Below are positions 24,824 through 35,300 of a DNA stretch of 50,546 nt, in pieces. Both the position numbers and the translations under genes were made by a program. Position 1 is the stretch's first letter; each line of letters starts with the position of its first letter. This DNA comes from Clostridia bacterium. Its GTDB lineage: Bacteria; Bacillota; Clostridia; Christensenellales; UBA1242. The notes beneath the pieces were generated by a model that saw only the letters and a program-made list of their open reading frames with translations, was not told where the DNA came from and ran no database searches. Location: assembly GCA_045614835.1 (NCBI GenBank), contig JAZLDP010000087.1:1-50546 (forward strand), written 5' to 3'.

Positions 24824-25258
24824 TTATTTTTTCGCCAAAAGTCCTAAAGCCGAAAGCCTTGACCTTGCTTCTGCGATTAGTTTTTTCTTCTCTTCAGACT
24901 GCTCTTTCTTGATTGGCTTGTGGTTTTGAATTGGATTTTCAACATACTTTGGCATCTTTTCCCAATCAGTTTTCTTCATAGGCTGAGTAGTCCAAACTTG
25001 TGTACTTCCCAAAGCACTCTTAAAATAAGCACCCAAAGTCCAAGCCAACTGCAAGTCATACTCTTGCTTTTTGTTAAAGGCATTTTGGTAGTTGTAAATT
25101 AGCGATGGGTCGCCAAACCAGTACTCATCACTCGACATACCAACAAGGAGTGCATAGTCGAACAAATCACCCTTGATATAGTCAACTAAATCAAAATCAT
25201 CTGCTCGACCCCCCTCTTCTTCGAGTTCGCCCTCTTCTACTTCATTGAGAACTTGATT
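24824..25258 (-). CDS. T-part of the tail assembly chaperone, reached by a -1 frameshift from 25237..25647 (G-T fusion ~274 aa)
   Basis: The frame of track ORF 24824..25165 is open upstream to the A-run. It has no independent RBS or ATG. This is the classic G/GT arrangement upstream of a tape measure gene. Confidence 0.6.
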   Translation of the reverse strand, partial: NQVLNEVEEGELEEEGGRADDFDLVDYIKGDLFDYALLVGMSSDEYWFGDPSLIYNYQNAFNKKQEYDLQLAWTLGAYFKSALGSTQVWTTQPMKKTDWEKMPKYVENPIQNHKPIKKEQSEEKKKLIAEARSRLSALGLLAKK

Positions 25259-25647
25259 TTTGGCTCTGCAAGTTCTCTTTGGGTAAAACCCTGCATTAGA
25301 AATTCCAATATCGCACTATTGAATACTCCGTCAGCACCATTTTCTTTTGCATAGTTAATTATCTCAACTGCATTTGAATTGTCGTTTGCACTTTTAAGCA
25401 TTAAAGGTAATGCGTATGCAATCAACTCGCCCAATTTGTTATCCATATCGAACAACTTACTTAATTGTTTCTTTTTAAGGGCTTCAATGAAGAACTCTTC
25501 CTCATTGGCATTTTGATTGCCCTTTTGTGTTATTAGGTATTCCATTAAATCAGGAAACTGCTCAAATGTCTTAATTGCAATATCCCTATTTGTTGCTACT
25601 CTGAACTCCATTTCGCCTAGTGTAACTTGTTTTTCTAATACTTTCAT
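25237..25647 (-). CDS. Tail assembly chaperone (G-like)
   Basis: 136 aa, located between the major tail protein and tape measure genes. Confidence 0.65.
   Translation of the reverse strand: MKVLEKQVTLGEMEFRVATNRDIAIKTFEQFPDLMEYLITQKGNQNANEEEFFIEALKKKQLSKLFDMDNKLGELIAYALPLMLKSANDNSNAVEIINYAKENGADGVFNSAILEFLMQGFTQRELAEPKIKFSMK
25255..25263 (-). promoter_or_regulatory. Candidate -1 slippery site CCAAAAATC
   Basis: Minus-strand codons are CCA AAA ATC. tRNA-Lys re-pairing on AAA one base back gives ..PK|NQVLNEVEEGE.., continuous with 24824..25165. Confidence 0.45.
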
Positions 25648-25702
25648 TTTATTCTCCTTGTACCATCGTTGTGGTTTCTTTTATCGCTATCGTTGTAGCA
25701 TT

Positions 25703-26413
25703 TTATTCTGTAAATTCAGTGAATATTACAGTTTGTCCATTAGAGTTTAACTCTAAATCTTGAACTTGAGCATCTTGCCCATCTTTTCTAGCAAGTACGG
25801 TATAGTTTCCAGCAGGTAATTGAATAGTAGTTGTTGCACTAGTAGTCTTAACACTTCTAACTATTCCGTTTGTGCCAATAACATTAATGTTTACTCCGTT
25901 TACTACATATCCATTAACTGTGAATGTATAAGCAGTATCTTCAGCATAAACAGGTGCTTCATGCCAACCAGCATCACCAGTAACTGAAAAACGAACCATT
26001 AGTTCGTAAGCATTACTTCCAGCCTCGCCTTCAGGTAAACCGAAAGGTTGTGGTTTTACTGGAATATAGTATGCACGATTAATGCCTTGTACATGAACAC
26101 AAATCCATAGACCTAAGCCTTGCTCATTCATCTCTGCATATTTAGCAACATATCCATCTTCACCTAAGAAAAGGTCAAAAGTATCTTGCGTCATATTTGA
26201 GCCAAACTCAAGAGTACCAAAATCAACCAAGCCATCTTCGTATGTGTGGTTGTTTGTTTGGCAAAGTGTTGTTGTTTCAACTTGGTCACGCTCGGCATTA
26301 AAGTCTGGATGACTTCTTGCATCACACCATTTACGATAACCACTAACAGGTCTTACACCTGCTTCGGTTTCCCAAGCCAACGAAACAACTGTTCCGATAG
26401 TTTTTGCTACCAT
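25703..26413 (-). CDS. Major tail protein with a C-terminal Ig-like domain
   Basis: Position, plus a C-terminal beta-rich segment YTFTVNGYVVNGVNINV...LPAGNYTVLARKDGQ typical of Ig-like decorations. Confidence 0.7.
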   Translation of the reverse strand: MVAKTIGTVVSLAWETEAGVRPVSGYRKWCDARSHPDFNAERDQVETTTLCQTNNHTYEDGLVDFGTLEFGSNMTQDTFDLFLGEDGYVAKYAEMNEQGLGLWICVHVQGINRAYYIPVKPQPFGLPEGEAGSNAYELMVRFSVTGDAGWHEAPVYAEDTAYTFTVNGYVVNGVNINVIGTNGIVRSVKTTSATTTIQLPAGNYTVLARKDGQDAQVQDLELNSNGQTVIFTEFTE

Positions 26414-26436
26414 AGTAATTCTCCTTATATAAAAAA

Positions 26437-26916
26437 TTAAGAGGTTTGCCCAACCTCATAAGGGTATGCGACAATGAAATCAAATCGCAAAATTGTGGTG
26501 TAGACAGACCCCCCGTCATTCATTGGTAATGCTGGGGAAGTGCTGACTAAACGCCCTTGTTGTATATTTTTGTTCTTCAATGAATAAATATACTCATTGA
26601 TATAATTTTCTATCTTTTCTCCCAATATAACCGAAGCATCTTGAGCATTGTACATTAAGCCACCAATCTTTAATTGACCAGTGTAAACACCAAATTGCAT
26701 TGGCATACTATTTGCGTGTTTGTTGCAAAATGTTGTGAAGTCGGTTTGCTCGGAATTGTCCAAAGGTTGAATTTGCACTTCAGGTTCTGTTGCCTTTGGC
26801 TCGTGCTGTGCTTGATAACCATTATAAATCTTAGGTTTCTTAGATTCTGTTATGCTACTATCATTAGCAAAACAATTCTCAAGATATACTTTTAAATCTT
26901 CTCCAAAATGAAACAT
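26437..26916 (-). CDS. Tail completion/terminator protein (by position)
   Basis: Gene order only. Confidence 0.4.
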   Translation of the reverse strand: MFHFGEDLKVYLENCFANDSSITESKKPKIYNGYQAQHEPKATEPEVQIQPLDNSEQTDFTTFCNKHANSMPMQFGVYTGQLKIGGLMYNAQDASVILGEKIENYINEYIYSLKNKNIQQGRLVSTSPALPMNDGGSVYTTILRFDFIVAYPYEVGQTS

Positions 26917-26918
26917 AA

Positions 26919-27383
26919 CTATCTCTTACTCCCATATAATTTTCTAAGTTTTTGTGCAGTATTAAACATTTGAGCATACGCTTCGTGTCCCTCAAATTTC
27001 GTTTTACTCAACTGAGGTCTATGCCTATAAGCATAATAGTATGTCCATTTGTTTAAGTGTACACGAACATTTCGACCGTCAATTTTATAAGCCGAAGTGA
27101 AATCAATATCAAAGTTCAAGTCGCCTTGATAATTGGATTGTTCACCCTTAACACCAGTTCCGTATTCAAGGTAAAATAATCCTTTACCTTCAGCAGAAAT
27201 CGAAACCTCTCCCTTATTGGCTCTCGTTTTCTTTAATATTACATTTCGTCCAGCATATTCTTCTTTAGCAAGTTCTAAACCTTTATCGGCAATCATATCA
27301 GCAAATAAATCGGGTGCATCTTTTGCAGTTGCTTTGATTTTCCCAAGAAAACTGGAAATATCATTTCTCTTTACAACAGCCAT
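26919..27383 (-). CDS. HK97 gp10-like head-tail joining protein
   Basis: The LEYGTG motif resembles the gp10-family EFGT motif. Position is also consistent. Confidence 0.45.
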   Translation of the reverse strand: MAVVKRNDISSFLGKIKATAKDAPDLFADMIADKGLELAKEEYAGRNVILKKTRANKGEVSISAEGKGLFYLEYGTGVKGEQSNYQGDLNFDIDFTSAYKIDGRNVRVHLNKWTYYYAYRHRPQLSKTKFEGHEAYAQMFNTAQKLRKLYGSKR

Positions 27384-27390
27384 ATCGCAC

Positions 27391-27762
27391 CTACTCTATC
27401 TTTTGCAAGATAAATCTCACTGCAACATTTTGTGGACGGACTGAGTAAATTCTCGCATTGGCATCGTAACCCCAACCATCTTCTGGTTCTTCACCATCTT
27501 CTGGTATATTAGGTCTTGCACCATCGACATAGAATCTGTCGCCCTCTTTCAAGTGCATCCATTTGCAATAAGGTTGCCCAATAGCATTCCAAGTCTTGCT
27601 CGTCATTTCACCGAACTCTTCAACCATATCATAACCACTCGCTGGTTGTATGGTTAAGTGGTGCAATGCAAGTGCCAACTCTTGAGGTTTGCCGAAAACC
27701 TCTAATTTATCTCCGTCTTTAGAAATTCTTTCACAATACCAAACTTTATCACCATTTCTCAT
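27391..27762 (-). CDS. Head closure protein (by position)
   Basis: Gene order, with ATGA coupling to the upstream gene. Confidence 0.4.
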   Translation of the reverse strand: MRNGDKVWYCERISKDGDKLEVFGKPQELALALHHLTIQPASGYDMVEEFGEMTSKTWNAIGQPYCKWMHLKEGDRFYVDGARPNIPEDGEEPEDGWGYDANARIYSVRPQNVAVRFILQKIE

Positions 27763-28097
27763 CTAGGCACACTCGCTTTTGGCATTATCTCTGCCCTAAG
27801 TTCTGGGTCAATGTAACTTCCACCATAATTTAGCGAAAGCCCATTTTCCTTGTAAGAAGTAAGGCTTATGCCACCTGCTCTGCCCAAGATGTCAACCATT
27901 CGTTTATAAATCCATTGAGCATTGAAGAAATCAAAGTCAATATTATCAACGCTTGGTCTATTGTTACCAGAAGGGTATCTAAGCATTACATAATCACTTA
28001 ATGCCATTTTATAAGTTGTGTCAATCTCATCTTCAGTCAACCAACTATATGCTTTCTTTATGTTTTGCTTTACTAGCACTATTTGACTTTTGTCCAT
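27759..28097 (-). CDS. Head-tail connector (gp6-like, by position)
   Basis: Gene order, with AAAGGGGGTAAAGA RBS. Confidence 0.4.
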   Translation of the reverse strand: MDKSQIVLVKQNIKKAYSWLTEDEIDTTYKMALSDYVMLRYPSGNNRPSVDNIDFDFFNAQWIYKRMVDILGRAGGISLTSYKENGLSLNYGGSYIDPELRAEIMPKASVPR

Positions 28098-28335
28098 TCT
28101 TTACCCCCTTTGGTTTTTCTTCGCTTTCGGTTTTTGGTTCTTCAAGCACAGGCTTAGGGGTTTCAACAGCCTTTTTACTTAAATCAATTAGTTCTGAAAC
28201 TGAAACTCGCTCTTTTATAAACTCTATTTCATTTTCATTTATGCAAAAGTCCATATCTGAATCGACTGCAAAGTGCATACCACTCAAAATGAACGGACTG
28301 TTTACTTTCCCCTTAACTCTATACTTTTTTGTCAT
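28045..28335 (-). CDS. Hypothetical head-module protein with a Lys/Glu/Pro-rich tail
   Basis: AGGAGTATAAA RBS. It overlaps the next gene by 53 nt. Confidence 0.5.
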   Translation of the reverse strand: MTKKYRVKGKVNSPFILSGMHFAVDSDMDFCINENEIEFIKERVSVSELIDLSKKAVETPKPVLEEPKTESEEKPKGVKNGQKSNSASKAKHKESI

Positions 28336-28349
28336 TTTATACTCCTAAA

Positions 28350-29357
28350 TTATGCAGTAATTTTTGAGATATATAGTGTTTGGTTGATGTTAGGAATAAC
28401 AGATAGACCAAGACCTTCTGCAAGTGTCCACATTGCTTTAGGGTCGTTGTCAACATATTGGTCAACAGCAACGAAACCATATTTAGCATCAGTTTCAGCA
28501 AAATCTTCAGTTGGAGTAGAAGTCATAAATGTTGTACCAACTTCACCACGAGTTGTTAATGAAGTAACTGTCATTTCATCAAAGAAACGATATTGTTTGC
28601 TATCACTGTGTTTGAATTTGTATGTTCTGTCATCAACAATGAAGTCAATGTCAAAATTAGAAAGGATATAATCTTGAGCAAATTTACGAGTAGCATAAGC
28701 ACCAGCCTTACCAGCAATTTCACCCATTTTTTCGTTAGCAACGATATAGCCCATAACTTTGCTAGAAACTATCATTCTTACGATTTTGTCGTTAGATGCA
28801 GTCTTAAGAGCAACAATATCAGCAAGAATATCGTGGCTTGGAGTTGACCAACCAGAGAAATCAATTTTGTTATTTGCAGAAAGTTTGTGGTCGATAGTTA
28901 CATCTGCACCATTTTCTTTAATAACATTTTTGCCTGTAGAAAGCAATTCACACGCTCTTCTCTCGAAACCTACAAGAACTTTAGAAATTTGGTTAGCAAT
29001 ATCATTGTAGATAGCCATAACTGGAGCATTATTTTCAACAGTCATACCCAAATCTTTAATTTTCTTCTTAAGTTCTTCACCTTGATTGATTTTTTCTTTA
29101 ATCAATACAAGTTCGTATCTGATTTCTTCATATTCTGCTCTATCACCGATTCTTGCTTCAGCGTCAAGTGCGTGTACAAGAGCAGATACTGGAATATCGT
29201 GTCCTTCTAAAAGTTCATAGATGGCAAGTTTCATATTCTCAGTTTTTACCATAGGCATTAATCTTAAACCTACGAAATTGTCAGTAACTCTTAAATAGTC
29301 AAAGTCGTTACTAATTTTTACTAATTCTTCTTTACTTAAAGTCTTTAGGTAATCCAT
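28350..29357 (-). CDS. Major capsid protein
   Basis: 335 aa, placed between the decoration/scaffold genes and the connector genes. The family guess (lambda gpE-like) is unverified. Confidence 0.7.
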   Translation of the reverse strand: MDYLKTLSKEELVKISNDFDYLRVTDNFVGLRLMPMVKTENMKLAIYELLEGHDIPVSALVHALDAEARIGDRAEYEEIRYELVLIKEKINQGEELKKKIKDLGMTVENNAPVMAIYNDIANQISKVLVGFERRACELLSTGKNVIKENGADVTIDHKLSANNKIDFSGWSTPSHDILADIVALKTASNDKIVRMIVSSKVMGYIVANEKMGEIAGKAGAYATRKFAQDYILSNFDIDFIVDDRTYKFKHSDSKQYRFFDEMTVTSLTTRGEVGTTFMTSTPTEDFAETDAKYGFVAVDQYVDNDPKAMWTLAEGLGLSVIPNINQTLYISKITA

Positions 29358-29686
29358 TATTCAGTTACCTCCCCGTATTGTACTGTGTTTGCAGGATATG
29401 CGATTGCATAAAGTCCTTGAGATGCAAGTGAAGTTGCAACATCTGCAACAGATGCAGGTAGATTTGCATCAATATAACTACCTCTAATAACCATAGAAGC
29501 AACTCTTGCTCCATCAGTAATATCTACATCATTGAATAATAAACCTTTGCCTAGAGTAGCATCAGTAATCAATGTGCCAGATTTAACAATTTTTCTGCCA
29601 TTTTCAGTAACAGCAGTTGCAGAAGTAGGAACTGTAACAGTGATTTTCTCTAAACCTACTTCACTACCTAACCATTTGTTATACAT
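29357..29686 (-). CDS. Head decoration-like protein
   Basis: 109 aa, beta-rich, directly upstream of the capsid gene with ATGA-type coupling. Confidence 0.45.
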   Translation of the reverse strand: MYNKWLGSEVGLEKITVTVPTSATAVTENGRKIVKSGTLITDATLGKGLLFNDVDITDGARVASMVIRGSYIDANLPASVADVATSLASQGLYAIAYPANTVQYGEVTE

Positions 29687-29700
29687 AGTTTGTATTCTCC

Positions 29701-30237
29701 TTAATTAAATTTTATTTCGCCCTTAGGCTTGTTTTCATTTTGTTTTGCTTGGAATTTTTGGAATCCAGATTTCTCTTCTCCTTTGGTAATTCCATCACCA
29801 ACTAATGAAGAAGGTGTTGTCTCTTTTATCAACTCAGCCTTTGCAGACTTAACAGCATCAGCCACTCTTGCAGTAATAATTTCTGCGATTGCCTTTGGTG
29901 AAAAGTTTTCTGAAATGATTTTTGTGCATTCATCAGCAGTAAATCCATTAGACATAAAATCTTTTTCAAGTTTAAATTGTCTATTTTCAGCCTCTAATGT
30001 TGCCATTTTTGCTTCAAACTCTTTTTGTGCTTGAGCATTTTTCTCATCATCAGTCATCTTGTCTGCTAGTTGTTTTTTGTATCCAGCACTTTCTTTTGCG
30101 TAGTCGTCTTTAAGTTTTTTGTACTTTTCAACTTCTACTTGTAATTTTTTGTACTCACTCTCGTAATCAACACTTGGTGCTACTGGAGGAGTATCAGTTG
30201 TTGGTATCGTTGTACCTAAATTTTCGTTATCTGCCAT
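29701..30237 (-). CDS. Scaffolding protein
   Basis: Acidic/Lys-rich coiled coil (EYKKLQVEVEKYKKLKDDYAKE...) between the portal and capsid genes. Confidence 0.65.
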   Translation of the reverse strand: MADNENLGTTIPTTDTPPVAPSVDYESEYKKLQVEVEKYKKLKDDYAKESAGYKKQLADKMTDDEKNAQAQKEFEAKMATLEAENRQFKLEKDFMSNGFTADECTKIISENFSPKAIAEIITARVADAVKSAKAELIKETTPSSLVGDGITKGEEKSGFQKFQAKQNENKPKGEIKFN

Positions 30238-30355
30238 AACATTTCTCCTTTGCTCTTTTACATATTTCTCTTATGGGTGATTTATCACCATCTTTTGCTC
30301 TTTTGAAAGGTTTTCTCTACCTTGCATTGGTTAAGCCGTTGCTCTCTATATATAA

Positions 30356-31984
30356 TCACTCTTGCGAGGTATTACCATTGTTTGCACTAATTACTCGGTT
30401 GTCCATTTGGTCATTTACATCAACTTGACTTTCTTCAGCAGGAACAGAGTTCTCTGCTTGTACCTTTAAGTCATCAAGTCTTTGTTGCCAATCTTTCTCA
30501 ACCGTCTTAATGTCGTTAAATAATTTGCTTGATTTTAGGATTTGTTCCAAAGGCATATTCATTGAATATAAATTCAACATACCTTGAGTCTTGTTCACAT
30601 AGTTATCGCTTTGATTTACACGATAATTGATGTCTATCTGACTTGCGAATAGTTGGTCTAACGGACAGCCAGTAACTTGCTTACATATTAACAATATTAA
30701 CTTTAATTGCTCATAATCATAGCCTTTAAGAGTAGTAATATCATTATTAATCATTATATATGCGTTGTTCCATCCACCACCAAGCAATCTCGCTTGTCCA
30801 GTATCGCCACCACTTGTAATCTGTCCACTTGCCAAAGGAACTCCAGCAATATCGTAACAGTTTGTAAGTATTTGGTCTATATATGAATTTAATCCATCAA
30901 ACGGGATTTCCATTGTGATTGTGTCTAAGTCAGCAACTCCACCTTGCCTTGAATTGTTTGCGTCCGATATGATAATCGCACCTGCTTGTTTCATTGCCTT
31001 AACATCGTCACTCTCAATGTCCACATTCTTAAATACCAAGATTGCATTCGCACTATCAACTGTCATATCAGCAATAGCCGACCTAAATGTGTTAATTGAA
31101 TTAAACAAACTTCTGTTCAATTCTACCAAACCCATTCTGTCATCATTGGTCGAGTACTCAATCATAGGTAAGTAGTTAAGAGCCTTTGCCCTAACACTAA
31201 ACTTATTTTGGTCTTGCCAGTAAAAAGTAGTGTATGCACTATCGCTCTCGATTAGGAAAGACGCATATCGTGTTTCAATCAGCATTTGTTTGCCCATTTG
31301 TGGCTCTTCGTTATCATCACTAATGTCCACATCCACAATCGATACACAGAATAATGGCTCTTTCTCAAACGAACTCGAATAAACCACAAAGTTTGTCTTT
31401 GGGTCTAGCACCGAGAATACGAATGGTGCATTATATTGCACATCAAAACCCTCTTCTGCAGTCTTGAACCTAGTCTTTTTAGTGCCAGTAATGTCGTCCT
31501 TTCCGTCAGTTACTATTATATCGGTTCTCGGTTTAGTATGAGTTACACCTATACCAGTAACATATATCCACTTCTTTAACGACTTATCCTTTTGGAAGAA
31601 GTTGCAATCAGTAAAATATCTGTCCAAGTATATTAAATCGTCACTATCACTATCGGCTTTATGCGTATAGTCCCTTTCTTCGCCAGTAAGGAAACCGACC
31701 TTGAACTCCACTTGCCTATTTGCATGGTTTTCAACTATCTTATTATTATTATAAGCATCAGTCTTATATCTTCTTTCCTTATTTAATATATCTTGTTCGC
31801 CAAGAAAATATCTGTATAAAAAGTCTATCTTTTTCGCATTATCGCTATGTTCCTTTAGGATTGTTGGCAAATACTTCTTTATTATCGCCAAACCATAGTC
31901 GCCACCAACAAAATTGCTATCCACTTTCGGTATTTCAATTCGCTTTATGCCTTTAAACTTGAAATCTGGTATCGTAATCGCCAT
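30356..31984 (-). CDS. Portal protein
   Basis: 542 aa and the first large gene downstream of terL. Confidence 0.75.
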   Translation of the reverse strand: MAITIPDFKFKGIKRIEIPKVDSNFVGGDYGLAIIKKYLPTILKEHSDNAKKIDFLYRYFLGEQDILNKERRYKTDAYNNNKIVENHANRQVEFKVGFLTGEERDYTHKADSDSDDLIYLDRYFTDCNFFQKDKSLKKWIYVTGIGVTHTKPRTDIIVTDGKDDITGTKKTRFKTAEEGFDVQYNAPFVFSVLDPKTNFVVYSSSFEKEPLFCVSIVDVDISDDNEEPQMGKQMLIETRYASFLIESDSAYTTFYWQDQNKFSVRAKALNYLPMIEYSTNDDRMGLVELNRSLFNSINTFRSAIADMTVDSANAILVFKNVDIESDDVKAMKQAGAIIISDANNSRQGGVADLDTITMEIPFDGLNSYIDQILTNCYDIAGVPLASGQITSGGDTGQARLLGGGWNNAYIMINNDITTLKGYDYEQLKLILLICKQVTGCPLDQLFASQIDINYRVNQSDNYVNKTQGMLNLYSMNMPLEQILKSSKLFNDIKTVEKDWQQRLDDLKVQAENSVPAEESQVDVNDQMDNRVISANNGNTSQE

Positions 31985-32002
31985 CTCTTCTCCTTCCTAA
32001 AC

Positions 32003-32045
32003 TAAAAAAAGTGCAAAAATCGCCCATTTGAAGCACTTTGCACTT
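32003..32045 (-). terminator. Hairpin plus T-run between the terL/zinc-ribbon genes and the portal gene
   Basis: AAGTGCAAA (32009-17 on plus) pairs with TTTGCACTT (32037-45). On the minus strand it is followed by T7. Confidence 0.5.
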
Positions 32046-32079
32046 ATCTATCGACACCACTTTGCGGTTGCCGTTAAAA

Positions 32080-32256
32080 TTAATCTTCCACGAAGTATCT
32101 CAATCTTCGTTTGCACGAATGACAAGTTATCTCGTGTATCTCTTTGTCAGTCGCCTTTATCCTCTCCAAGTCCATTATAACAGGAGAATCCACAACCAAA
32201 TCGTAGTTTTTTATTAAAATTTTGCCACATACGGGACAATATATCTTCTGAGCCAT
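32080..32256 (-). CDS. 58-aa zinc-ribbon protein
   Basis: Hand-translated: MAQKIYCPVCGKIL...ITCHSCKRRLRYFVED, with two CxxC pairs. AGGGGA upstream. Below the ORF-track cutoff. Confidence 0.45.
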   Translation of the reverse strand: MAQKIYCPVCGKILIKNYDLVVDSPVIMDLERIKATDKEIHEITCHSCKRRLRYFVED

Positions 32257-32360
32257 CAAAAATCCCCTGCTTTCTCAATTCTACTATTATTAAAATCATA
32301 TTTTTTCACTTTTGTCAAATGATTTTAACCAATTTATAAGTTTTTGTGAATTTTTATACA

Positions 32361-35300
32361 CTACATCTGTATAATTTTCGCTTTCGCTCGTGTCATTGGT
32401 TGCATTATTAACCTTTGACAGAATGTCGCAATACTATCTATGCTGTCATCGTGGTCATTCTTGTGGGTATAACTAAAGCCGAAAACATCGTTCATAAATT
32501 TACCCATTTGCGAAGAATATGTGTATAAGTGCATATTAGGAAACACGATTAGGTTTTTTATGCAATTTTCCATATTGTAAATCTTCTCTTCTTTCTTAAT
32601 TGTTGCATAAACTTCGATAATCTCACAATAAGGAATGCCTTGCTCTGCTAACATCTTGTCCAACAATGCCTTTAAAGAAGTATCAATGTTTTTCTCTATA
32701 ACTAATTTCGTGATATGATGCTGAATTATCTTTTCAACTATTCGTCCATACACCTTTTCCATTGGCTCATTTATATACAAGCAATCCTTCAGATAGAATT
32801 TTCCACCCACTTTTACAAATATCGGCATACTATTGTAGTCGTATCCAACTCTCGCAGTATCCAGAGATGCCCAACAAAAGTCACTTCTATCTTCCTCTGG
32901 TATAACATCGTATCCTTGTATATTCTCAATATAAAACGGAGAATTTTCTGGAGGCAAAGGCGACTGCTGTTCCATTGCCATAAAAGAACGAAAATCCCTC
33001 TCTTTTATCCTAATTGCTTCTTCATAAGGGAATTTTTGAGGGTATGTTGACCTATCTAACTCATCATCTATCTTCGGCACTTTTATAAACACACATTTAT
33101 CATCAAGACTTAAATAACTGTACTTATTTATCGAACTTCTCTTCATTTTGCCTTTACTATAATACGCTATAAGTTGTGATGCTATGTCGAAAATCGAATA
33201 TGCTGTACAGCCTAAGATAACATAAAAATCCTCAGTATTGTAGTTCCTCTTCCACCACGAGTTCCAAAAATTGTTAATATCGGTTTCGTGTTGCTTCATA
33301 TTTCCAGCATCTTTCGACCTACAAATATCGTCCAAGAATAAGAAACGCACTCTTATACCATCTATCGGAGTGTCTTTAGAAATAACTTTTACATTTACTG
33401 GCTTACTGCTATCAGCAAGTGTCAATTCACCCTCTTTCGCTCTACAAGTAGAGAAGATGTTATCGCTCACAACTTCCATTCGATTGCCATTTTTATCTTC
33501 TACAACTTCCAAGTATTTCTCAAATTGTGGGAATATCTTTACAAATCTCGGATTCTTAATCAACTGTATGATAGATTTTATGTTGTTTATAACCAAAGAA
33601 GGATTGCCTAAAACGATAAGTACATCGTTGTCTGGCTCTATGCCTAAAAGCCAAGAAATCGCAAAAGCATTTGAATACGAATTATGAGAAACAATATTAT
33701 TTGCAATAAAATTATGCGTTTCTTCGACTTCAATGTCTATCATATCAGTTTCTTCGTCTATAAATTCGATTGATTTTATCTGCTCCCAAATGAAATCTTT
33801 GTAAACTATATCATCTAAAGTATGCGTTTCTTCATTAAACTCTTCCACAAAACATCTCTTAAATGTCTTATTTCTTGCCCATTGCTTTCTAACAACTCTT
33901 CTAAATTCCACTTTATCTTCAAAAAGTTCTTTAGGATAACCAGTGTTATTTGAATATGGCTTATTATTTCTCACGAAATTGTGTTGATAAAAATTATTCA
34001 AAGCATCTTCTTTGTCATAGCAGTAGCAGTATTTGTAGACTTTCTCCATATACTCATTTGGAATATTTAGCACCCATGCCTCAAACATTTTGCCATCTAG
34101 TTTAATATTTTTGTGGGAAACATGAGAATATATACCACAAGTATCAAGCAACTCTCTAATATCTTCAATCATTCCCTTACTGGATAATGATATACCACAC
34201 CCTTTTTCTTTCACAATATATCCATCGGTTGCAAACATAATGCCAATAAACTTGAATTTATTTTCAATACTCATGTCAAAGAATTGTTTTGGCAATCGCT
34301 TTTCTTTTGATAACTTGCCATCAAGCCCATACTTATACAACAAATTATTTACTATCTTTTCATTCTGATAAATTCTGCAAGTAATACAATCTGTGCCTAC
34401 TTTATTGTGTAACTGACATTTCATTCCCAAATTCTTCAAAGCCTTTAAAAATGCTTTCATTATTTTCGTGTCGGGCATTTTTGTAAAGCCGTAAGCGACC
34501 GACTTGCAATGTCCATCAAAAAGCATACAAGAAATGAATAATAACTCATCTTCGGATATTTGATACTCGTTTTTAGGCTGTATTTCTTTGCATAATCTAT
34601 ACAAATAGTCTGATTGTTGTATGTTTTGTGCTTGTATATACCCTCTTTGAGTATAAAGCCTATGTTCTGGGCTTATTGTAATATTCGTACCACCACGAGT
34701 AGTGATTTTTATTTGTTTCTTCTTGCTATACCATTTATTCAAAACCCTTCTTTCGCAAACTTCATTATTTTTCATCGAATAAATAATATCTCCAATATTT
34801 ATATCAGCAATCGTTTTTGTGCCATTAGGTGTAAGAACCTTTGTTGATGGCAACACACATTTGCCCGTACCAGTACTTTGTTGTTTACTAATAAACTTTA
34901 GGTCTTTATCCAACACCATTTTATTGAAGTAATAGAAGAAACCCTTGTTTACACCAGTGTATCCACCATCGCCATAAGGGTCAAGTGAATATTTCCACAC
35001 TTTGTCTTTGTCCTTCTTGTCGTACTCCATAAAATTACAATATGCCTCTAAAGACCGAAAAGCAACCAATGCTTGATTATTCTCGTACAGCATCAGCCAC
35101 TCCTGCAAGTACTGATAGCACATCTCGACCTTGTCTGTGTCCTTCCTCTTCTCGTACACCTCAATCGCCCTCTTGAACCTATCTATCTTCGCCTCACATA
35201 TCGGCAAGTCCAACGCAAAAATGCCTTTAATGATGTCACGAATTTCTTTCTCAGCACTATCCGTTTTCTTCGGCACTAGCACCTCGTGTATCTGCGACCA

